Below are positions 50,755 to 57,981 of a stretch of 64,000 nt of DNA, piece by piece. The position numbers and the translations under genes were made by a program. Numbering within the stretch: the first letter of the stretch is position 1; each line of letters opens with the position of its first letter. The notes beneath the pieces are model-generated. The model saw nothing but the letters and a program-made list of their open reading frames with translations, was not told where the DNA came from and did not search any database. The stretch is taken from positions 2,428 to 66,427 of the forward strand of contig JAERRO010000001.1 in assembly GCA_016735395.1 (NCBI GenBank), in the 5' to 3' direction. This stretch comes from Alphaproteobacteria bacterium (lineage in GTDB: Bacteria > Pseudomonadota > Alphaproteobacteria > Rs-D84 > JAERRO01).

Positions 50755-51615
50755 GTGTCGTCTATTTCTATCATATTTTCTAAAATAACTCGTGAATACT
50801 CTCAAAAAGGACACAATATGGCTTCTCCGTCAATAATAATTACTGCTTTTTCTATTATAAAGGGGGTCTTCGAAGTTGTCACTTCGTGGAAGCAGACGAA
50901 TTCTACTACTACAAATTCTATCATAAAAAGGACCGAGATAATCGAAAATGATGCTTCTATTACTCCTAAATTTTTTCTAGGATATATTAGCGAAAATTAC
51001 GAATCGGGGAAGGCGAAGACTAAAGCCATCAATCTTGTACGAGACAAAATTACAAGAAAAATTGTCTGTAATCCTATGGATCCCGGCGGATGTAGCTACG
51101 GGAGATGGCAAATTTCTACTAGGCGAAAGACTATGCTAAAATTTCTAAAATATTTGGAGAAACATAATATTAGGTTCTTCGACAAGTTAAATAAAGCAGG
51201 CGGAGAGACTGGTGCGACTAACGGGTGTAATAAATTTATTTCCGCCTGGAGATCTATCGCTACGGATCTGGAGTTTCAAAAGTTAGAATACTTCTTCATC
51301 AAAACATCGCACTATGATGTCCTGCTGTCTCCTATATCTAAAATTTGCCCCGACTATTTTGAAAGACATTATATATTAAAGAATGTACTTTGGTCTTGCG
51401 GAATACAACACGGAAAACGGGGAACTACGATGATCTATAACAGAGCCTTTAAACAGTTAGACGACGATCCTAGCGATCTAGAAATTATCGAGGCCATCTA
51501 TTTTGAAAGAAAGAAACTCGGTACATATTTTTCCGATTGTGTAGATCTGCATAAATCGCTTAAAAGAAGATTCAACGGTGAAGAAAGAAAAGTAATATAT
51601 TTTTTAAATAGTTAG
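50755..51615 (+). CDS. Hypothetical protein (probable start 50818, MASPSII...)
   Basis: AAAGGA RBS 7 nt before the 50818 ATG; hydrophobic N-terminus. A weak lysozyme/transglycosylase-like E-S-G...G.SYG.WQ pattern is not convincing. Confidence 0.4.
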   Translation: MSSISIIFSKITREYSQKGHNMASPSIIITAFSIIKGVFEVVTSWKQTNSTTTNSIIKRTEIIENDASITPKFFLGYISENYESGKAKTKAINLVRDKITRKIVCNPMDPGGCSYGRWQISTRRKTMLKFLKYLEKHNIRFFDKLNKAGGETGATNGCNKFISAWRSIATDLEFQKLEYFFIKTSHYDVLLSPISKICPDYFERHYILKNVLWSCGIQHGKRGTTMIYNRAFKQLDDDPSDLEIIEAIYFERKKLGTYFSDCVDLHKSLKRRFNGEERKVIYFLNS

Positions 51616-51617
51616 AG

Positions 51618-52190
51618 TTGACAACTATAATTTATGTTATATATATCTATAATATAAAGGATAATATCGTGCAAGAAAATATTTGTCTAACTCTTAAAAA
51701 ATATAAGCAAAAGAAGATACTGACGGAGGTCGTAAACAGTTTAGGGGTAGATGATAAATATGTCGCTAATATAGATCTATTTCATCTGACTCTTATAAAT
51801 GCATACTGTAGGTATAGAAAAGAGAAAAAGAAGCAGAAACATAAAAAGATTCAGGTTAGCCATAAAATAGATAGTTGTATACAAAAATATGAGGCCGATG
51901 TAGTTCCAAAGTCGTTAACCTTTATGAAAAATAATAGATATATATTTATAGTTTTACTAGTTAAATATAATCAACAGATAATAGATAGAAATACCCGTCT
52001 GTCTAAAAAATTCTACGGGAATAAGATTCTAAAATTTATACCTCATATTACTCTTGCGAAGATTCCTAAAGTCGATAAAATTTCTTTACCTGATTTGTCA
52101 AGATTTAATGTTAAAAGATTGCCTAAAATCACGATGGTGGGTGAAAATTTATATAGCCGTTTGAATAAAGGCCTTAATTTATCTAGATAG
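51618..52190 (+). CDS. 2H phosphoesterase superfamily protein (LigT/cyclic phosphodiesterase-like)
   Basis: Two H-x-T-x motifs about 90 aa apart (FHLTLI and PHITLA), each in a hydrophobic context typical of 2H enzymes; 190 aa. Confidence 0.45.
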   Translation: MTTIIYVIYIYNIKDNIVQENICLTLKKYKQKKILTEVVNSLGVDDKYVANIDLFHLTLINAYCRYRKEKKKQKHKKIQVSHKIDSCIQKYEADVVPKSLTFMKNNRYIFIVLLVKYNQQIIDRNTRLSKKFYGNKILKFIPHITLAKIPKVDKISLPDLSRFNVKRLPKITMVGENLYSRLNKGLNLSR

Positions 52191-52220
52191 AGGTCGACAT
52201 AAGTTGTAAACAGATTCTTA

Positions 52221-52832
52221 TTAGAAAATATCTTTTTCTGCAGTCGAGTCTAGTCTAGAAATAATCAAATTCCAGTCAATTAAATTATCTAAAGTAGATC
52301 GAACAAAATCTGCCCGCAAATTTTTGTAGTCTAAATAATAGGCATGTTCCCATACATCTATGACTAGTAAAACTACTCCGCCATACAATAGTGGGGTTTC
52401 GCCATTAAGTGTATTTTTTATTTCTAAAACATTTTCTTTATTGAGTACTAACCATACCCATCCGGAGCCAAAAAGTCCTAAAGAAGATTTTACGAACTCT
52501 TCTTTAAAGTTGTCTACGGAGCCGAAGTCTTTTACGATTAGAGATTTTAATTTACCGTCTTGAAAATCAACTGATTTCTTTAACTGTTTAAAAAACATTG
52601 TGTGATTGTAGTGTTGTCCTGCATTATTAAAAATGCCGACATTCTTATCGCTACTAGACTTCTTTATAACCTGCTCGATATCTAGCCCGACATAGTCCGT
52701 ACCTTCAATCAACTTATTTAGATTATTCACATATGTTTGGTGGTGTTTGCTATAGTGTATCTCTACAGTTTCCGCGGACATATACGGCGATAAATCGTCA
52801 TAGCCATAATCTAGTTTTGGTATCTCAAACAT
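52221..52832 (-). CDS. sodB: Fe/Mn superoxide dismutase
   Basis: FEIPKLDYGYDDLSPYMSAETVEIHYSKHHQTYVNNLN and DVWEHAYYLDY. Start taken at the Met with AAGGAG RBS (52832); the upstream in-frame ATG at 52856 is unlikely. Confidence 0.9.
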   Translation of the reverse strand: MFEIPKLDYGYDDLSPYMSAETVEIHYSKHHQTYVNNLNKLIEGTDYVGLDIEQVIKKSSSDKNVGIFNNAGQHYNHTMFFKQLKKSVDFQDGKLKSLIVKDFGSVDNFKEEFVKSSLGLFGSGWVWLVLNKENVLEIKNTLNGETPLLYGGVVLLVIDVWEHAYYLDYKNLRADFVRSTLDNLIDWNLIISRLDSTAEKDIF

Positions 52833-52901
52833 AATATCTCCTTTTCTACAAGTCATTTATTCTAAAATATAAAATTTTAGAAAAAATGTCAACCCACGAT
52901 T

Positions 52902-52984
52902 TATTCTAGAATTTCATACTTGATTGTTAAACTATAAGTTGATATAGTAGGAATAAATAAAACTACGATCGCAGGGAGGTAAAA
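52902..52984 (+). repeat. Copy 1 of a duplicated promoter/5'-UTR segment. It lies upstream of the 2TM-A gene and contains a TTGATT-17-TATAGT promoter at 52920..52948.
   Basis: 52908..52966 recurs at 54030..54088 with 2 mismatches. In copy 2 it is fused to a 29-bp piece of the sodB 5' coding region. Confidence 0.7.
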
Positions 52985-54001
52985 ATGGATAGAAAAAAGT
53001 TTGAAAATATAATATCACAAATTAATGATACATGTGATAAAATTCAAGAATTTGAAGATGTCACTAAACCTGAATTAATTAAAAAAAATAGATTTGGTGG
53101 AGGGTTTGGGGAGTATCTTTCAAGACATAGTTTTGATGTAAGCAATATTAAAAAGAAAATAAATAAACTATTAGATATAGACTTTAGTATCTTTTATGAT
53201 AATGCTGAGATATTAGCTATTCAAAACTTAATACAAATACTTTTAGATCACTGTAACAGATATAATAATGGTAATTCTGGTTATCTCTTTACAGAAGAAC
53301 ATTATAATAATACCTTTAAAAACAACAGATATGAAATAAATGAACTAATAGATAATTTACAGACAAAAAATTACGAGTTTGAAACCATTATCTCTATAGT
53401 TACTAATAATGAGATAAAAAAATTTTCTGATATAAACAAGATATACGAAAATATAGAGCAGAGTAAAACTGCATTAGAATCTATTAAAACAAATGAAAAT
53501 GCCTCGCAGATCGCTATGGAAAATATTAAGGTGGCTACGAATACCATTGGTGTAATAAAAAAAGCAGAGGGATTTGCAACTATAGCAGAAAAAAGTCATA
53601 AAAAGGCTCAAAAATATGAGTGGGTTATTTTTATATTTGCATTATTGTTGATGGGGCTAGTAGTACTAGCTTTTATAAAAATTGATAGCATATTTTTTTC
53701 TCGTTTAATCTTTTTAGTTCCTCTATTTACAGTTTCACTTATTTATCTCATTATATTAGAAAAAAGATACAGAATCAGGGCTTTTAAATACAAGGATCTG
53801 GAGGTTTCTATTTTATCTTTGTCGGCATATCTAGGAGATATTAGCGATAAACCTATGGAAGAATTGTCTGCTAAAGATACTTTTAAATTAAAGATGGCAG
53901 AATTTTATTATAAGCAGGTTTACGACGAGACTAAAATAAAGGAAAAAAATATTACGGAGCTTGTGACGAGTACCATAAAGAGTGCTAAAGGGACGACCTA
54001 G
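52985..54001 (+). CDS. Two-TM membrane protein A (soluble N-domain + 2 TM helices + C-terminal helix); candidate defense effector
   Basis: 338 aa. GGAGG RBS. TM helices WVIFIFALLLMGLVVLAFI and LIFLVPLFTVSLIYLIIL. Same architecture as 56034..57017. Confidence 0.5.
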   Translation: MDRKKFENIISQINDTCDKIQEFEDVTKPELIKKNRFGGGFGEYLSRHSFDVSNIKKKINKLLDIDFSIFYDNAEILAIQNLIQILLDHCNRYNNGNSGYLFTEEHYNNTFKNNRYEINELIDNLQTKNYEFETIISIVTNNEIKKFSDINKIYENIEQSKTALESIKTNENASQIAMENIKVATNTIGVIKKAEGFATIAEKSHKKAQKYEWVIFIFALLLMGLVVLAFIKIDSIFFSRLIFLVPLFTVSLIYLIILEKRYRIRAFKYKDLEVSILSLSAYLGDISDKPMEELSAKDTFKLKMAEFYYKQVYDETKIKEKNITELVTSTIKSAKGTT

Positions 54002-54103
54002 GCGATAAATCGTCATAGCCATAATCTAGAATTTCATACTTGATTGTTAAACTATAAGTTGATACAGTAGAAATAAATAAAACTAAATTTTGGGAGTTTC
54101 GTT
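54001..54103 (+). repeat. Copy 2 of the duplicated segment: a sodB 5' fragment (= 52787..52815) fused to the promoter region (= 52908..52966), lying upstream of mod. Promoter TTGATT-17-TACAGT at 54040..54068.
   Basis: The 29 bp ggcgataaatcgtcatagccataatctag is identical to sodB codons ~6-15. It is followed directly by aatttcatacttgattgttaaactataagttgata. Confidence 0.7.
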
Positions 54104-56032
54104 ATGGAAGATAATCTATTAAACAGTATTCTGGAGCTTTTCAAAAGTAAAAAACTAGAACAATATTACAACGGGGAAGGTCTTCTAACTAATAAGATAG
54201 AAGAGGATGCCCTTAAACTAGATTCTACATTACTAGAAGTTCTACTAGAAGACGAGGACACACAGAAGGCATTTTTTGCTACGGTAGGAGATATTAAAGT
54301 TTTCGATAAAATAAAATTTCAGTTATACATAAACAGTAAAGAATTTTTAAAAGATAGTTTTACTAAATACAAACAAAACATAGGATTAACAGACGAATAT
54401 GGTAAGGGGCTGAAACAAAATAATAATGTAGTTCTAAACTGGCCGTACAAAGATTGTATTTTGGAAGGCGGGCAAGATAAGGAAGACAAAAGCAGGAAAG
54501 AAGTTTTCTATAATGAAGTGTTGGCTCCCGAATATATAAATATACTTACAGACAAAAAGGCCTTTCATAATGCCGTTAGAGTTAAAGGCGAGGGCGACAA
54601 AGAAGAGCCTGTTACAGACTTTAATAGAAATGAGGACGGAACTATTACAGATAATTTAATGCTAAAGGGAAATAATCTACTAGTTCTACATAGCCTCAAA
54701 TCTCAATTTGCCGGCAAGATAAAACTAATTTATATTGATCCCCCTTATAATACTGGAAACGACGGCTTCAAATATAACGATAGATTTAATCATTCTAGCT
54801 GGCTTACCTTTATGAAAAATAGACTTGAAGTTGCTAGAGAACTTCTAGCCGACGACGGTGTTATCTTCGTTCAATGCGACGACAACGAACAGGCCTATCT
54901 AAAAGTCCTTATGGACGAAGTCTTTGGAAGGGCGAATTTTGTTATTAATTTAGTCTGGGAAAATAAGGAAGGCGGTGGGAAGTCCGATAGTATAACTTTT
55001 AGAAGAAAGCACGAATATATAATTACATATGCAAAAATAATAGATAACATAGAAATATATGGAAGAGATGTTGAGGACGTCGAAAGGTATAGATTATCTG
55101 ATATACATGAAGAGTATCGTGGAAAATATCAATTAATTAAACTAGATAGTGCGAGTCTAGGATATATAAAATCATTGGACTACTATATATTATCTCCAGA
55201 GAATACTCGTATATTTCCTAACAAAGATGACAACAAAATTAGTCGTTGGAGGTGGAATAAAAAGAAATTCGAATGGGGGGTAAAAAATGACTTTGTCGTA
55301 ATAAAAAAAGATAGAGACGATAATTGGGCTGTCTACACTAAACAATATCTAAATTGTGATAACAATGCAAATATTAAGAGAAGGACACTACAGCCAATAG
55401 GTGTAATTTCTAAATTTTCAAACACTCAATCTAATATACATATGAAATCTTTGTTCGGAACTGCTAAGTTTTCTTATTCAAAGCCAGAGCAATTAATTGA
55501 ATTTTATTTACAAATATCAACAAAGCCGGGGGATATAGTTCTAGATTTTTTCGCAGGGAGTGGGACTACGGCGGGGGTAGCTCACAAGATGGAGCGACAA
55601 TGGATCACTATAGAACAGATGGACTATATTCAGGACATCACAAAAGCTAGGCTGAAAAAAGTCGTAGATGGCGAACAGGGAGGTATCTCTAAAGCTATAG
55701 ACTGGAAAGGGGGCGGAGAATTCGTCTATATGGAAATGATAGAGAAAAATAATCGTTATTTTAATGAAATTATACAGTCGGAATCAGACGAAACTTTAAA
55801 AATACTATACAAACAAATTAAAGAAGAAACTTTCTTTAGATATGATATAGACCTAAAGGGACTAGATGCTCTAATGGACGACTCCATTTCCTTAAAACAT
55901 AAAAAGGAAGCCCTCACTCAATGCCTAGATAAAAATCACCTCTATTTGAACTACTCTAGCATCGACGACCGAAACTTTAATAAAGACGAAACCGTCTCTA
56001 ACCTCAATAAAAAATTCTACAAGGAGGTGTAG
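54104..56032 (+). CDS. mod: Type III restriction-modification methyltransferase (Mod), N6-adenine, beta class
   Basis: Motif IV IYIDPPYNTG precedes motif I DFFAGSGTTAGVA (permuted beta-class order); 642 aa. No simple-sequence repeat inside. Confidence 0.9.
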   Translation: MEDNLLNSILELFKSKKLEQYYNGEGLLTNKIEEDALKLDSTLLEVLLEDEDTQKAFFATVGDIKVFDKIKFQLYINSKEFLKDSFTKYKQNIGLTDEYGKGLKQNNNVVLNWPYKDCILEGGQDKEDKSRKEVFYNEVLAPEYINILTDKKAFHNAVRVKGEGDKEEPVTDFNRNEDGTITDNLMLKGNNLLVLHSLKSQFAGKIKLIYIDPPYNTGNDGFKYNDRFNHSSWLTFMKNRLEVARELLADDGVIFVQCDDNEQAYLKVLMDEVFGRANFVINLVWENKEGGGKSDSITFRRKHEYIITYAKIIDNIEIYGRDVEDVERYRLSDIHEEYRGKYQLIKLDSASLGYIKSLDYYILSPENTRIFPNKDDNKISRWRWNKKKFEWGVKNDFVVIKKDRDDNWAVYTKQYLNCDNNANIKRRTLQPIGVISKFSNTQSNIHMKSLFGTAKFSYSKPEQLIEFYLQISTKPGDIVLDFFAGSGTTAGVAHKMERQWITIEQMDYIQDITKARLKKVVDGEQGGISKAIDWKGGGEFVYMEMIEKNNRYFNEIIQSESDETLKILYKQIKEETFFRYDIDLKGLDALMDDSISLKHKKEALTQCLDKNHLYLNYSSIDDRNFNKDETVSNLNKKFYKEV

Positions 56033-56033
56033 G

Positions 56034-57017
56034 GTGGATAACAGAGAAAGACTTATAAAGACTATACAGAAAAAATTTTTTAGTAGGTTTGATATTTTTT
56101 ACGACCTAAACGACAGTGTATGGTTCGAGTTTGTAGATAAAGTTAGTGGTTATAGTCCTATATATGATTTTACGGATTACATTACACCGTATCTTATAAA
56201 GGGTATAGTAGATAAAATTGATACCACTACTCTCAAAGGCATAGTTAAACACATAGCTAACATTTGGGCTATAATAGACACATCTAGGTATAAAAACAAA
56301 GATTCATATTCAGGTAAAGATCAGATAATTTTTTATAAAGAAAATCTAAACGAACAAGACGACATAATAACAGAATTTAAAAAAATAAAAAGTTTATTGG
56401 AAAAATATAAATCTATTCTCGGAGAAAAGGATGAAGATCTGAAAGAAGAACATATGATAGAAACGAAATCATTCGCAGAATCATTCCTCGAGTCTAAAAA
56501 CAGTTATAATAGAAATATATGGATTATGTACATAGTACTACTTTTAACCTTAATAGCTATTGTGGGATTATATTTAATTGGGACTAAAACTTTCAACAAT
56601 TTAGATTTTATTAGTACAATAATATCACGGTTATTATTTTCTGCTCCGCTTATTTTCTTTGCATTTATTATAACGAAAAATCTATTTAACTTTCAATCTA
56701 TGTATGAAGCATACAACCATAAACAAAGGGTCGCAGAAGCTTTTTTAATTTTAGATCTAAAAATGGATAAAGAAAAAGAATGGCTTCTTAAAAAAACATT
56801 TCACGGGGGAAGCATCGAGCAAGGTCGCCTAGAACAAATTAACAAAGAGAAAGATCTATTATCTGGGACTCTTATGTCGGTAGTTCAAGAAAATCCTACA
56901 CATTTTTTAACAAAAGATAAATCTATGAAGAAATACCTAAAAGAACTAAAAGAAATTAAAGACCTGTTTATGGCTCCTAATATTATAGAAAGCAATCGAG
57001 TAGATAAAGGTAAATAA
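56034..57017 (+). CDS. Two-TM membrane protein B, embedded between mod and res; GTG start coupled to the mod stop
   Basis: GTG at 56034 lies 1 nt after the mod TAG, with AAGGAGG at 56021..56027. TM helices IWIMYIVLLLTLIAIVGLYLI and LLFSAPLIFFAFIIT. The stop overlaps the next ATG (TAATG). Confidence 0.55.
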   Translation: MDNRERLIKTIQKKFFSRFDIFYDLNDSVWFEFVDKVSGYSPIYDFTDYITPYLIKGIVDKIDTTTLKGIVKHIANIWAIIDTSRYKNKDSYSGKDQIIFYKENLNEQDDIITEFKKIKSLLEKYKSILGEKDEDLKEEHMIETKSFAESFLESKNSYNRNIWIMYIVLLLTLIAIVGLYLIGTKTFNNLDFISTIISRLLFSAPLIFFAFIITKNLFNFQSMYEAYNHKQRVAEAFLILDLKMDKEKEWLLKKTFHGGSIEQGRLEQINKEKDLLSGTLMSVVQENPTHFLTKDKSMKKYLKELKEIKDLFMAPNIIESNRVDKGK

Positions 57018-57030
57018 TGAATGATAATTT
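57001..57030 (+). repeat. 30-bp direct repeat, copy 1 (RBS + ATG + first 4 codons MNDN); copy 2 is at 57966..57995, the res start
   Basis: tagATAAAGGTAAATAATGAATGATAATTT vs taaATAAAGGTAAATAATGAATGATAATTT: 29/30 identical; the two flank the DUF3800 gene. Confidence 0.75.
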
Positions 57031-57856
57031 TATTATCTTTGTAGATGAATCAGGAGATCATAGCCTGTCTAAAATAAATCCTGAATTCCCTATATTCAAT
57101 CTAGTTTTTGTAGTATTCGAACAGAATCATTACTGTAATGTCGTTCTGCCAAAATTTAATCTACTTAAGTTAAAATACTTTAATAGTACTAATGTAATAT
57201 TTCACGAAAGAGAAATTAGAAAATCACTAAATAACTTTACAATACTAAAAAATTCCGTAGTAAGAAATAATTTTATAAATGATGTAGATACATTTTTAAA
57301 AAATATATCTTTCGAAATCATTACAATTAATTTTTTAAAAGAAAAAAATGCTAGGGAAGAAGTTAATATATACTCAAAATGTATGGAGGTAGCTCTTCCT
57401 ATTATTCAAAAATTTTTAGAAAAAAACTCTAGTTTAGAAAACAAAACTTTAATTACTTTTGAAGGGAGGGGGAAACAAGAAGATAGATCTCTAGAATTAG
57501 AATTCTTGAGGGAAACAAAGGACTATCAATATAACAACCTAAATATAGACATCATAACTAAACAGTCAAATTCTACCGGGCTACAGATCGCAGACTTAAT
57601 AGCTAGACCTATCGCAAATGAAATATTAAACTCGAAAAAAATAAACGATATTAAAGACTCTAATTGTGTAGGTTTCGGAATCGACAAAATAACAATAAAT
57701 GAAATGTTTCCTAAACCTTGCCACAATAGAGCTTTTGGATGTATAAAACCTAATATATATACTTTGCAAGTAATAATAAAACATGAAGTAATAAATAATA
57801 TGAAGGAAGATCTAAATTTTAATATAAAGCGAAAAAGGGCGGTTACACCACCCTAA
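57017..57856 (+). CDS. DUF3800-like protein
   Basis: N-terminal FIIFVDESGD motif and later GLQIADLIARPIA motif, as in the DUF3800 family; 279 aa. Start overlaps the stop of the 2TM-B gene. Confidence 0.45.
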   Translation: MNDNFIIFVDESGDHSLSKINPEFPIFNLVFVVFEQNHYCNVVLPKFNLLKLKYFNSTNVIFHEREIRKSLNNFTILKNSVVRNNFINDVDTFLKNISFEIITINFLKEKNAREEVNIYSKCMEVALPIIQKFLEKNSSLENKTLITFEGRGKQEDRSLELEFLRETKDYQYNNLNIDIITKQSNSTGLQIADLIARPIANEILNSKKINDIKDSNCVGFGIDKITINEMFPKPCHNRAFGCIKPNIYTLQVIIKHEVINNMKEDLNFNIKRKRAVTPP

Positions 57857-57981
57857 AGACGCCGATTGAGCATTCCCAATCCATTTATAATATATTATAT
57901 ACTATAAAAATTAAGAATGCAAGAAAAATAAAAAAAAGGGGACTTGACAAAGTCTAAAGATTAAATAAATAAAGGTAAATA

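Noticed and set aside
50818-51615. Weak lysozyme or lytic-transglycosylase-like pattern (ESG...DPGGCSYGRWQIS) in the 50755..51615 product
   Set aside because: Spacing between the putative catalytic Glu and the glycine-rich motif does not fit SLT or GH108 families; no second supporting motif. Left as hypothetical.
54104-56032. Looked for a phase-variable simple-sequence repeat within mod, common in type III mod genes of host-adapted bacteria
   Set aside because: No homopolymer longer than 8 and no tetra- or pentanucleotide repeat tracts are present in the mod ORF.
57937-57972. TTGACA hexamer 32 bp upstream of res, as a possible independent res promoter
   Set aside because: No acceptable -10 element at 16-18 bp spacing (aaataa/taaata only), and a -10 there would put the TSS inside or after the RBS. 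res is more likely transcribed from the mod promoter or a promoter within the DUF3800 gene.
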